Below, in pieces: positions 26,768 through 38,420 of a stretch of 54,879 nucleotides of DNA (position 1 is its first letter; each line of letters begins with the position of its first letter). The position numbers and the translations under genes are program-made. The notes under the pieces were generated by a model that saw only the letters and a program-made list of their open reading frames with translations, was not told the DNA's origin and did not search any database. Source of the DNA: Nemertoderma westbladi (Eukaryota; Animalia; Xenacoelomorpha); the NCBI GenBank assembly GCA_032718475.1, contig JAUCBJ010008993.1, forward strand, positions 1 to 54,879, in the 5' to 3' direction.

Positions 26768-27068
26768 CGCAGTACCTGGTAGCAGACCGCTATTGGGAGG
26801 GGTCTAAAAGTTAACAACACAACTGATAGTGACTCCATTAATATAGTTGCTCACCGTAAGTGTAAAGTTTAAAACATAATGTTTAATATTATCTTCCTAA
26901 TAATAAAAAGATATAACATAAAAACCAAGTTGAGTATAAAATTATGTTACAGTAAGTTTAAATGATTTAGGGTAACAAACAATGGAAATAGGCGAATCAA
27001 AAACAAAAGAAATCTAACCGCGGCCATAAATAACACCCCCGGGAAAATATAAACAAACCCGTACCTAA

Positions 27069-27375
27069 AGCCCCGTTCACATCCAACGGTGCGTGAGCGG
27101 TAAAGTAGTCTGGCGGTATTGAAGCGGTAAGCCAGCGGTACACTACCCGGAGCCCGTGCACACCCGACGGTACCGTTGCGGTAACTGATTGTCTATCTGT
27201 GGACTGTGAATTCAACAGGAAATTACATTGATTGTTTTAACATTGTTTAAATGGGCTGCGGTAAACCGCGCGGTTTAGCGCACAACTACCTGTTGGGTCG
27301 TTCACAGTCAGCGGTGTACCGCTGGCCCTGCGGTACACCGCGCGGTGTACCGTTCCGTTGGATGTGAACGGGCCT
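27069..27375. mobile_element. PIF/Harbinger (Tourist-like) MITE
   Basis: TIRs AGCCCCGTTCACATCCAACGG / CCGTTGGATGTGAACGGGCCT (1 mismatch), flanked by TAA on both sides. Confidence 0.9.
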
Positions 27376-28078
27376 TAAGGCAGTACTGAGAGACTGGCAC
27401 ATGTATTTATTATATCTTTAACGTTTTATCTATTGGAAATGGATATAAAATTTCAAATTCAAAGTATACAAGTGCGATAGACTAATGCAATAATAACGAC
27501 ACAAATAAAAAGAGATATATTCGGTCCCCAGGTTGTTACTTTTGGCCGATTATTAAATTTTGACCTGGTTTTTAACATTATTCGATAAATTACTTCATAA
27601 TTATAATATATAACCTAATTTGCAATTAATATTGGACACGGTATATTATTTATAACCTTTTATTGAGATACTAAGACAATGTTTAAAAATAATACCTACT
27701 GTTTCACATTATTTGCACTCAATTAATCCCCCTCACACTACATTATAGTTCCCATTACAACTGACAATGCAGTCCTGTAGCTAGACTAAATAGCGCCGGT
27801 ATTTGTCGTCAAATAACGGATAATAATCCGTTAAGGAAAACTGCGCGAATAAATACATCCGCAATTCAGCGAAAAGTTGTTACATAGTTTGACTTACAAC
27901 ATATTTGCCGATATAATTACCGCATTCCAGAAACGATAATCACTCAACATTTTCATTATCGCGCCCTAAAAGTATTATTATTTTACAATTTTACAATCTT
28001 TGCGAGGCTGAAACAATATTTTTTCTATAATTCCACAATATTTTCTATGATTCCAAAATATTTTGGACTTTCATCTAA

Positions 28079-29303
28079 TGTTCGCGCTTTTAGACCTTTG
28101 GCAGTTTAACCCGCCAAATTAGGATGTCTTCTAGATAATAAATCACCTTTAGTCTATGACAAGTATTTAATTCACTACACTAGTCGAAACCAATCTGTGC
28201 GCGATCATTCACCCGCTGGATATACCCGGGAGATTGGGTTCGACGGCTTAATTTTATTGCTATGTAAGCCTAATGTATTATTCGACTGACAGTATTATAT
28301 AATCTCTGACAATATTATTCACCTTCGGGGAATATTAACAGTTCCTTTAGGACGTGGCGCTCTATCTATACAAACAGAGTTATGACTTAAACTACTCACA
28401 ACGATGTGGCTTAGTTATAATTCACATATATGGCGCATTCTTTAGGAAATGCTTCGTTATCAGTCTCACTCATACACAATGCTGCACAATACTGCACACT
28501 GATCTGCCGATCTTCACTGATTTTAGTCACATATAAAAGGAACACGGACCGAATCATGTAGGGTCTATCAAATAACATTAGATTCACTTCAAACCACTTT
28601 AACATAAGTCACAATTGTTATATGTAACCCTTCTCTCTTACCTTCAGTATATCAAGAATATTGGGTTTCGGGGTTATTTATCGTTATTCCAAATATAATA
28701 ATTCATCAACCATATTATGAAGAACTGACAGTAAATAGCAGTATAACAATATAAAGTATGCACAGGTTGTTTGATTAGGTATGGTATGTTATGTTGTGAT
28801 AAATGCAGATAACGGATATATGTCCTTATAATTAAGCCTACTAGTGTAGGGCTAAAGCCGTTCTTCCTGGCTTAGAATCACCAACAACACTAAAAACTGA
28901 TAAGAATAACTATAAGAATACCAGCTACCCTTATTCTACAAAGATCTCACCCATCACAGAGAATGAGCATACAGATAGGAAATTCAGTTCAGTAGATCTG
29001 TGATAGGTCAAAATCAAAACCAACTCAAATCCTATTGGCAGATACAGAAAGCAGGGCTATGGGGCAACGTGGCAATATCAGCCGTTAGCCGTCGTCATGG
29101 TAGCGACACTGTTTTCAAGAGTATCGAGCTTTTACGTCACGAAATTGCAGATTATGTCCTCTAAAGTACAAATACAGAAGAAATGGCTTTTATGTCCTCC
29201 AAAACACCAGTACAGCAAGGACACGGCCCTTTTATGCCTGGTAAACCAACCACAGAGTACTTTACAGGGATAATAACCGGCTAATTACGCAAAAGCTTTT
29301 ACA
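28079..29303 (-). repeat. 3' LTR of BEL element 1 (1225 bp)
   Basis: Direct repeat of 38463-39698; sense termini TGTAAAAG...CGCGAACA. Confidence 0.95.
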
Positions 29304-29311
29304 CCGCTCCC
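29304..29311 (-). promoter_or_regulatory. Polypurine-tract-like plus-strand primer site
   Basis: Sense strand GGGAGCGG immediately before the TGT of the 3' LTR. Confidence 0.6.
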
Positions 29312-29772
29312 AGAAAATGGGATTTAAGTCTATAAAATATAACAAATCACAGTTTCTAAAATATAAAGATACTCTAAACAGTTAGTCTTTCTTACGCAGA
29401 CGGCGTTTAAGCAGTTTTTGAGGCTAGCAAGAGTCCTTTTCTCTTTGGGGCGAGCCACTTTACTAGGAGGGCTATAAATCCTGGGTGAAGGGTGCAATAT
29501 GATTGCATCAGAAGGTGTAGGATTATGGTCGGGGTATCCGCCGTTTCGATATGCTTCTCCTCGAGCTGATTTTCCTCCGCTCGTAGCTGGATACGTTCAT
29601 CCAAAACTCTCGCAGAGAATAGGGTTTTCTAAGCTTGATATCTTCTTAGAGATTCGAGATTTCCCAATCGAACTGAGATAAGGCCAATTCGTTTATCGAT
29701 TGGACTTACTGTTATAACTTACGTTTATCTGAACAAACGCAGGTTTCTTTTTTGATCTTTATAGAATAGCGT

Positions 29773-30903
29773 TTAACTCGTTTGGTACAACGTTCTCCGC
29801 CACTTTGGTGACAGGTTATATCGTGTCAAGCCGGGACGATGGTAAGGGTTAAACGGCGATATTAAATGTCCGCGTCCCAATCCGGCTAGGTAGGATGGGC
29901 TAATATCTAAGAAACCCACAACTGGGGTGCCACCGACTAATCGTTCAGGTAACACCAGATCTTTGAGCAGTGAGTACAGCTCGGGAGGATCCGTCATACT
30001 AATAGGATCAAGAGTCTGAGGCCTCACTAGGGAATGAGGAGCTCTGATCGAGTATTCCGAAACTCTGATCATTGGTTTATTTAAGGATCGTCTGAGTCGA
30101 ACGAGCGTAGGTGATACATTGAACAAGTTTCGCTCGAAACTCCCGTAAGTATAGCGAGTAAAACCGTGTTTAAAGCAACGTCTCCGCGGATGTTTATGTC
30201 TTTCCGTTTGTTGGTTGGGTCTTGGGCATTCATCGCAATAATACCCAAAAACGTACGTCTTGTAGGGGAAACGCGAGTGATCTTTCTCCAGCTTACAATA
30301 TTCCTCCATCCGTTCGAAGCTATTCGGTACAACAGGTAGCGGTCGATCGGCGGTAAGATACATCATAGGGGAATCGAGCCGTTTGAGTTCTACCATGCGG
30401 TCATGATGTATACCTTGAGGATATCGAGTTTCTAGATTTTGTTGACTGGCAATATTGAGATATGTTTCTATCAGGAATTCCAGATAATCGTTGAAGTCGC
30501 TGCGTTTATCCGGCTCCTCAACGTCTTCTCTTTCGAGTCTGTTTCGAATAGAATTCTCGTGTTCCATTCTCGGTTTATCGTTCCGCCTCCGCTGGGTAGG
30601 ATATTTCAATCGTACCATTTCCCTTTTGGTGTCGACATTGTCCGTATCGTGTAAATCGATAGGATGACCAGTAGTTAAGAAGTCCACATACGTACCATTA
30701 CGATGCGTATAGCGAGCGGTGAATTTCTTATAGTCCAACTCACGCGTGAGCTGCTCTTGGGACATTGGCGGTTCGATATAACGATCATCGTCCTCCGCAG
30801 CAGTTGGACCAGCGTCGCCGTGTATCAAGCTATCAACAAACGCTTGTAAAGGTAGAGTATATCGCTCCCTGATACCAAGATCATCTTCTATCAACTCAAT
30901 CAT
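29773..30903 (-). CDS. Accessory ORF of unknown function (376 aa) in the env position of BEL element 1
   Basis: Intact ATG-initiated ORF in AT-rich flanks, same strand as gag. Contains CDEC-x16-CFKH. No signal peptide or transmembrane segment visible. Confidence 0.8.
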   Translation of the reverse strand: MIELIEDDLGIRERYTLPLQAFVDSLIHGDAGPTAAEDDDRYIEPPMSQEQLTRELDYKKFTARYTHRNGTYVDFLTTGHPIDLHDTDNVDTKREMVRLKYPTQRRRNDKPRMEHENSIRNRLEREDVEEPDKRSDFNDYLEFLIETYLNIASQQNLETRYPQGIHHDRMVELKRLDSPMMYLTADRPLPVVPNSFERMEEYCKLEKDHSRFPYKTYVFGYYCDECPRPNQQTERHKHPRRRCFKHGFTRYTYGSFERNLFNVSPTLVRLRRSLNKPMIRVSEYSIRAPHSLVRPQTLDPISMTDPPELYSLLKDLVLPERLVGGTPVVGFLDISPSYLAGLGRGHLISPFNPYHRPGLTRYNLSPKWRRTLYQTS

Positions 30904-31734
30904 ATCTGCTATATAAATTTATCCATATTATAATGAGTTTATATTTAGGTGAGCAGGCGTCGCTGCCTACCCCAATCAGCCCCAGGACAGTGCGAGATCC
31001 TCAGCGCCGATGTGTCGTCGCCGCTGTACTTTCGCCAACGACGTAGCCGCACAACGACAACGACAACCGGCACAAGTCACTCGACTGTCCGTCCCAAAGG
31101 CTTAGATACACCTCAGGTTCTTACTGGAGAGTTAGGGTTACTTTCACAATTGCGACTTGCTACTGTAAACACACCTTAGTAGTAACATTCGCCTATAAAC
31201 TCACAAATACCACACACACAACTTGTCACAAATTACACACACTCGGGTCACTTGTCCGTTAGTCAATGCCTTCCAGAATGTCACTGTATTATTATGTATC
31301 CTTGGATACTATCAGTGCACTATTTATTCCCTATGCTATTCAATGGGACAAGCTTTCTATTGTTCTCTTAACTCAATTCTAATTCTAGCGTGGTTGTTGC
31401 TATGGTGACATTATGTAAAGCTAGCGGTAGAATTAGGGTAATTCCAATGCATACAGATCTGGGATGTTATTTAATAGTAATTCTTTAATAGTCAATGTCC
31501 TGTTTTATACATGACTTTATGAATTTTATCGGCTATTGACTATGTTTGGGAGACTTCGCACACTCATACTCATAATAAGATAAATCTCCGCTCCCTTGAT
31601 CTATTAATTAATGGAATTTTGGGAATGTTATAAATTGCGTAAAAATGGCAATTTATTAAATTCATTAAAAGTCATGAATTTAAATTTATTCCCTGAAATT
31701 TTATTATTTGATAATTAAATTGACATATTTTGAT

Positions 31735-32040
31735 TCTAGAACATGTCTGGGGACACAAGATCCTTAATTCTATGACAATTGTCTTTTTAAGAATATCGGT
31801 AAATGCTACGATATCTTAATTGACTAGAATTGTTGAAGGATCTGAATTTTACAGATTTTGATTTATTAGATTTGCAAATATTAAAGAATTAATATTTGAG
31901 ATGGGCACCAATTTATTCCAGAACTTGTCTGGGGACGTTAACCACTGATTCTAAAATTTGTCTTTCAAGTATATCGGTGGGTGCCGCGATATCTTAATCG
32001 ACTAGAATTACAGATGGTCAAAGGGTTTAACAGATTTATT
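31735..32040. repeat. Degenerate ~180-bp direct repeat in the 3' non-coding region of BEL element 1
   Basis: GAACATGTCTGGGGAC...GATATCTTAATTGACTAGAATT (about 31739) versus GAACTTGTCTGGGGAC...GATATCTTAATCGACTAGAATT (about 31921). Confidence 0.75.
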
Positions 32041-32555
32041 TTGCGTTATACGCCACTGTTAAAGGGACATCACGCTACTATATGTATTATTTAATATACG
32101 GTATGAGAGCAATATCGCACGAAGCAATGTCAGTGTGAAGAGGCAAGTCGTTTCCAAGGTCTACCCAGAGCTTGGTTTAGCCAAGACACGAGGATCTGAA
32201 CTTTGCATTCCTAATACTCTGCCTACCAATAATACTTGAATATAGTAGTGGCTTTATTGTACTTTAATAAGTACGGACATTTCATCTTACTGTAGTTACG
32301 TATTTGTAATGTAATACGGACAGTAAGGAAGAAGGAAAAGAATTATTTCTTGCCGTCGCACTAAATATAATATATACGTAATTACGTACGCAATAAACAC
32401 GAATATATTGCACTATTCTACTAAATAATCGCTAAATAAGATTCTACTAAATTAAATAAAACGATTATAATAAAATTACGTAGTAATACATACATAAATA
32501 TAAAAATAATAAAATAATATAAAATAATAGGGTCACACACCCACTCCATATGTTT

Positions 32556-35500
32556 TTACGTTATGGAGTCCCTAGATGTTTGAAGGATTAGGGAGGTGGT
32601 CGTGGGAAGAGAATCTTGCCTTCCACAGTTTCCGGAGAGTCCTCCATTCCCTTCCGGTAAACACAAACGACCAGCTGGGCGATTGAGTCGCTGCATCCCG
32701 AATACAATTCCAGGTTTCCTCTTCGTCCTGGAATAGTGACGATAGAAACATCGCTCTAAGTACACGACGGCCTTACAAAGCCGATTCCAGGAGCTATAGT
32801 GGTCCGTCGCTCCCTGCAGGAGAGGTGAGAGTCCCTGCGAGACGTCTGATGTTCCAGAGCTCCAATCGCTCTCTCTGATCTTCATGAAGGATCCACTCGC
32901 GGTGGGGAGGTCCAGATCCACGGCGTCGTCCCTGGCAATATGTAATACCGACAGATCTATCCCGGGTTCAAATAACTCCGCTCCACCCGTCCGGGTTTTA
33001 GCTTTAACTTTCTCCGCTCCCTTGGCTGGTCTAATCTCAGTCGGAGTAAGATGGGGAGGCCATTCATCCTCCTTACTCAGGAAGTCGGGTTCACCTAACC
33101 GGTCTGTAGTATCTGTCAGTTCTTGAGGAGTTGCTCCTCTGGAAGCGATGTCAGTTGGATTAAACTTCTTGGGGCAATATCTCCATTGATCTACATTGGA
33201 GCTAATATCGTCATTATCTGAGGAGTATGGTGTTCCCTCAGTTGGGTCGTCTCCCTCACTAGTATCATCTTCCCATTCACTCACCTGGCAGACGCGATCT
33301 TGAAGCAGTCTTTCTCTGAGCGTTCTACGGGAAGGTCCAGTAAGGTACCAACCTACTCTAGTTCTTACCGCATAGGTCTGAAGTGGTTGCGGTTGAGTAG
33401 GTCGTTTCTCTAATGTCTCCAGCGCCTCATGCGCGTTTTGACCGATTAATATTTGTACTCCAGGATAATCGGTGTCGAATCTAGGGATGTTAAGTTGTTG
33501 GGCATGATCATCTTCGTCCCAATTATAAGGTTCCACTTGGGTGGTAGCGAAGTTCTTTATTGCCACCATTTTTACTGACCTTATACTGTATTCTCCTAGT
33601 TTATCCTGTGGAGTGGACAACTCACCTATATAATAGTCGGCAGCTACAGTAGAATTCCAAACCTGCATGATCCCTGACATGTTTAGCTTGGTTCGGAACT
33701 TGGGTTGTCCAGCAAAGATGACTTCGGCTAGTTCTTTATCGATGAATGTTCCTGTGCTACCGGAGTCCAGGAGGGCGTTCACTATATAGCTCTTCTGAGG
33801 TCCGTGGACCCGTAACTGGACTACAGGAAATTCTCGGATTCCTATATTGGAAGTTGGCGCTTTCCAAGATGGTTGTTGATCTGAAGTAGTTAGGGTGAGG
33901 TCGCTGTCTGTGTCTTTCTCATACATGAGTGCTCGATACACTGCGGTGGTGTTTATTAAGTAACAGGATTCGTTTTCGTTGGAGAACTCGTCCGTATAGA
34001 ATCCTTCCATCTCAGATTGATCAGTGTCGTTCACATCACTGAATTGGACATGTAGTTCGGACTCATTTACCTGACTCGGGCTGTTTCGTTCGAATTCCGT
34101 GTGCAACAAGATATGATGTTTTGCGCCGCACTTTGCACACCTTGCGTCGGAGTAACAGGTTCGCCGTTGGTGTCCTCGTCTGAGGCAATTATAACACAAC
34201 CGCTTATCCCACATGACTTCACGTCTATCCTTTAGTGATTTCCTCAGGAATTTATCACACGCATTTAAACGGTGGGGCCCGTCGCACAGCACACATTTCG
34301 GCTTGATGTTACTTACTTTAACCTGTGCTATGTGGTGCACACTTGTTCTTTCCTCGGGCTTTCTCACCTGAATTATTTTAGGAGACGTAGGAAGGGTTTT
34401 TTGTACCGGTTCCCTTCTGTCATTGGGTCGAGACTCGGATTTACTTACCTGATCTTTAGGCATTTTATTGACATAATAAGATCTGTCAGTGTCTTTCCCG
34501 CTGTCCTCTCCTTGAGAAGTTTGGCTTTCACCATCGTCGGTATAACATACTGGTGTTACCCTTCTCCTAGAAACGGGTTTCTCACTTACCTTGTTTTCCA
34601 ATGTCTTCTCTCTGGACTGCCTTAGGAGCTGTAATTTCACTTCTCTATCTAAGAATGACATGAGATCAGTCATGGTAGGGTCTCGTCGTTGTTGTTCCAT
34701 CATATATAACACCTTCTTATCCCAGCGTGTACCTACTCCACCCTTGGGCAAAGTAGATGCTAAGGCTCCTACAACCATAGAATTCTGGTATTCATGAGAC
34801 TTACCTAACCAATCTAGTTGTCTACAGATCTCCTGAATCTCATCGGAAAACTCTATAATCCCGCTGCTAAGAAACTTTCGGGGCGCCATTAATTTCGCAT
34901 ATAAATACCTAGCTATGTTAGTCCTATTACCATACCTGATGTTTAGTGTATCCCAAACTTGTCTTAATCCATCTGGATGTCCAATAAATTTTAACGCCAT
35001 TGACTTGGGAGGTCCTTCCAAACATTCGATGAGGAATCTAAGTTTCTCTCCGTTAGATAGTACAGAGTTCTGTATGTTATCTTTGTAATATTCATTAAAA
35101 GGTAACCATTTCATCTCATCTCCATTGAACTTGACGATCTCTCCAACCTTTACCGCTTGTTGGGCTTCGGTTCTAGCCATTTGGCGTGTAAAACTTTCTT
35201 GAGCCATCGCATTATTGAATAGAGAATTATCGGTATATAAGTTTCTCGGATTATTATCAAGTCTAGATGAGATATCATTATCAACAGGTTTATAATTACC
35301 CTTAATAGGGTTCACTATAGGAGTTTCTATTTCGCTAGCAGTATAGATGCGTGTAGGCTCCACACCTTGCGCATGGGATACTTCAGACCTAACGGGTTGA
35401 CACATTGTTACAGGGGGTGGTGGTATACCCTTTTGTAAATTGACTAATTTATCGCGTTCTAACGCGATACTTTGCTGCACCTTTTGCAACTCTAACCTAC

Positions 35501-36161
35501 TTTCCCTTACTGTTCCCTTGAGCTGCTGAACAGTCTCTTCCATTTCCCGGACCTGCTGAGAGGAGCACAAACAGTGTTCCCTCAGCTGCTCGAGCAGGAG
35601 ACCCATCTCCCGTCGTCCCTCAGCTACCCACTCAACCGCCGAAGCGGGAGTCGCCAACGTTGTAGCGGGCGAGCGAGAGACGACGGGCGATAAATTCTTA
35701 ATATCTCGCTCGGCGTCCAGGATGGGTTCGGACTCGGGAACAGTCCTACTGGGCACAGGTAGTTTAGTACTGTGCAAAGGGAATCTAGAGGTGGTTTCTG
35801 GGAGCACAGGTGTCTCTAGCACCGAAGGGGTGTCTTCGAGAACAGGCCTAATTATTTCAGGCTCATCTGTTATAGTAGGGAGTCTTTCTACTGTAATAAT
35901 TTGGTCTGTGGGTTCTGTACCACAGAGAGTTCTGTAATACGCTAGATAGTCTGCATTATCCAGATGCATTCTCACCTCAGGAGGTACCCTCCGCTTGAGC
36001 ATCCGTCTACGTCCGCTTGAACGAGATTTATTACCTCTACCTTCGGGATCTCTTATATCACCTTCATCGGAGGAGGCAAATCCCTGTCTTCTGATTTGTC
36101 TCCTCAAGTCTGCTTCTGCCACTGCCTCTGCCGCTTTTCTTTCCGCTTCTGCTGTTGCCAT
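32556..36161 (-). CDS. gag-pro: BEL/Pao Gag-protease fused in frame to remnants of the RNase H end and integrase C-terminus
   Basis: DUF1759-like KFNGDEMKW...EKLRFL; triple zinc knuckle CVLC..H / CYNCL..GH / CAKC..HH; protease LLDSGS; then WRYCPKKFNPTDIASRG and RPAGRLCL. First ATG is 36161. Confidence 0.92.
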   Translation of the reverse strand: MATAEAERKAAEAVAEADLRRQIRRQGFASSDEGDIRDPEGRGNKSRSSGRRRMLKRRVPPEVRMHLDNADYLAYYRTLCGTEPTDQIITVERLPTITDEPEIIRPVLEDTPSVLETPVLPETTSRFPLHSTKLPVPSRTVPESEPILDAERDIKNLSPVVSRSPATTLATPASAVEWVAEGRREMGLLLEQLREHCLCSSQQVREMEETVQQLKGTVRESRLELQKVQQSIALERDKLVNLQKGIPPPPVTMCQPVRSEVSHAQGVEPTRIYTASEIETPIVNPIKGNYKPVDNDISSRLDNNPRNLYTDNSLFNNAMAQESFTRQMARTEAQQAVKVGEIVKFNGDEMKWLPFNEYYKDNIQNSVLSNGEKLRFLIECLEGPPKSMALKFIGHPDGLRQVWDTLNIRYGNRTNIARYLYAKLMAPRKFLSSGIIEFSDEIQEICRQLDWLGKSHEYQNSMVVGALASTLPKGGVGTRWDKKVLYMMEQQRRDPTMTDLMSFLDREVKLQLLRQSREKTLENKVSEKPVSRRRVTPVCYTDDGESQTSQGEDSGKDTDRSYYVNKMPKDQVSKSESRPNDRREPVQKTLPTSPKIIQVRKPEERTSVHHIAQVKVSNIKPKCVLCDGPHRLNACDKFLRKSLKDRREVMWDKRLCYNCLRRGHQRRTCYSDARCAKCGAKHHILLHTEFERNSPSQVNESELHVQFSDVNDTDQSEMEGFYTDEFSNENESCYLINTTAVYRALMYEKDTDSDLTLTTSDQQPSWKAPTSNIGIREFPVVQLRVHGPQKSYIVNALLDSGSTGTFIDKELAEVIFAGQPKFRTKLNMSGIMQVWNSTVAADYYIGELSTPQDKLGEYSIRSVKMVAIKNFATTQVEPYNWDEDDHAQQLNIPRFDTDYPGVQILIGQNAHEALETLEKRPTQPQPLQTYAVRTRVGWYLTGPSRRTLRERLLQDRVCQVSEWEDDTSEGDDPTEGTPYSSDNDDISSNVDQWRYCPKKFNPTDIASRGATPQELTDTTDRLGEPDFLSKEDEWPPHLTPTEIRPAKGAEKVKAKTRTGGAELFEPGIDLSVLHIARDDAVDLDLPTASGSFMKIRESDWSSGTSDVSQGLSPLLQGATDHYSSWNRLCKAVVYLERCFYRHYSRTKRKPGIVFGMQRLNRPAGRLCLPEGNGGLSGNCGRQDSLPTTTSLILQTSRDSIT

Positions 36162-37514
36162 TGCCTCTGCCACCTTCCTTTCAAGACACTGTCCAAGTCT
36201 AATTTTGTTTGTACAGTTGAATGCCTACTGCTATATTACAGTTAAAGCAAGTCTAGTAATTCAGTATCACTGCTAGCCTAGTAATTAATTACCGATACTG
36301 CTACTCAGTGTAGCGTGATATATATAATATATTAGAATACCGGTATGCTTATAGTATATATAAGTATTATTACAGACTAGGTTTATCACAGAATACCAGT
36401 ATAATTTTAGCACAAATATATATAAATATATAATAGGCCTATCGGGAATACCAGTATACAGCTTACAGCTTGTAGTATATATAAGTATAATTCTGTACTA
36501 GAATTAATTACAAGTACCGGTATAATTTCAGCCGAAATTTATAGAAATAAAGATAATAGGCCTATCGTAAATACCGGTATATCAATTATTTTAAATAATT
36601 GAATTTCTGAATTTTAGGGTTACTTTGTTACTTTACTTACTTTATTACCGTTATTCGAGCAGTAGTCCAACTGATATTGAGACCTAATGGTTGTATGGTA
36701 GGCCTACTATTTATAAATCGTTAGATTTGATTTATAATATATATATACCCGTTTTAATGGGTTTTGTCAATGTTTGAAATAAATGTTATTATTTCTGGGG
36801 AGTAATCACTACACAAAGCGGTGCGCTTTCAGTGAAGTGTTACTTATAGGACACTAAAACAAATAATACTAATTTACCTAAGTTACTTAATACTACAAAT
36901 TACGTACAATTCGGGTGAGATTACAATCTCTAAATAAACACAAAAATTTACAAAAAACACAAAATACGAATTTTCAGGGTAATTTTAAAAGAAGTCTACA
37001 AACCAGCCTAACAAAGGGTTAGAATCTGGTTATTACAACGGACAGGGTACTACGGTATTTGAAAATAATAAGTAGTAGTAAAATACACTGCGTTGTCCAG
37101 ATAGGAAAATACCACCGCCTGACGACCTATAGCCGTATCGCTATAGGTACTACGTTATGTATCACGGAGTGTCCCTACCTAGAAGTTAATAGAGCTAATC
37201 GAACGTGCCTATCAACCAGTTTACAACACAAATATAATGCCTACACTAATTACTTTCGGAAAGCACTGTACACTAAACCCTAAATTAGGTACGAGTACTT
37301 GTACAACATATAATCAGTAGTTAAATATACTTGAACAGCTAAAAGAACCACGGCATCTGCTGGAGTGACCGATGCACAAAATCACCAGTCTTTACCTACG
37401 CCAAGCAGCCCGTGTAGTACCGGGGTTAATTTAACTATAGCGGTATGTATAACAAACACAATTACTGTAGGAACAAACTTGGGGAATGAATGTTGCGAAT
37501 AATCGCATAAACTC

Positions 37515-38100
37515 TGAATAATAAATATTACGCTACGCGTACAAACCACTCAAACAAAATGCAGACCAAATACTGACAGACTACTATCAAGCCTAAATAA
37601 ACTACAGGACATGCAGACTCCGAAATGATTAGGTAGTATGCGTTCTAACCCAGTAGTACGACTTATTCTTTAGTTGGGGGTTTACCTTACAGTATTTGCT
37701 GCCCCTACTTCCTAACCGTTCTTTATCGGACAGGTGATCTACACACACTGCAATCCGTTCAGACCTAATAACAGCCAGACAACTATCCAGCCTACAAATT
37801 ATCTAAATAAATATTATACGCTACCCGTACAGACTTACACAAACAAAGTACAGACTAAACGATGGCAGACTACTCTCAAGCCTAAATAAACTACAGGACA
37901 TGCAGACTCCGAAATGATTAGGTAGTATGCGTTCTAACCCAGTAGTACGACTTATTCTTTAGTTGGGGGTTTACCTTACAGTATTTGCTGCCCCTACTTC
38001 CTAACCGTTCTTTATCGGACAGGTGATCTACACACACTGCAATCCGTTCAGACCTAACAGCAATCAGACAACAGCTCAGCCTACAAATTGTCTGTACAAT
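37515..38100. repeat. 289-bp tandem duplication in the 5' leader of BEL element 1
   Basis: AAGCCTAAATAAACTACAGGACATGC at 37589 and 37878, with about 200 bp of identical core. Confidence 0.9.
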
Positions 38101-38267
38101 CTGATCAGGCTTACACGCCTTCTGTTCAATACTGGCCTACAAACAAATAAAACCGACAGAAACAAGTAAAATCTCAATAAAAAACCAGGGCGGCCGTTCC
38201 CTGATTAAGTACTAAGACCTACCGGTATATAACTATCAAATTCGAATAATACTAATGTACTTATACT

Positions 38268-38420
38268 GGAAGTACCGGTTAGGACAGTTGGGCCTACGGA
38301 CCTACAGAAGTACCGGTTCTGGCAGTTGGACCTACGGACCTACAGCAGTACCGGTTCTGGCAGTTGGGCCTACTGACCTACAGAAGTACCGGTTCAGGTT
38401 TACCGGTCAACCGGTACTTT
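38268..38420. repeat. ~38-bp tandem repeat (about 3.5 copies) at the start of the leader of BEL element 1
   Basis: GAAGTACCGGTTCTGGCAGTTGG(G/A)CCTACGGACCTACA; almost identical copy at about 53107-53260. Confidence 0.9.

Noticed and set aside
29407-29604. Second accessory ORF (65 aa) beside the 3' LTR
   Set aside because: Short, TTG start, in-frame stop just upstream and no motif; nearby splice-like signals are insufficient without RNA data.
29773-30903. env gene
   Set aside because: No signal peptide, transmembrane helix or Cys-rich ectodomain.
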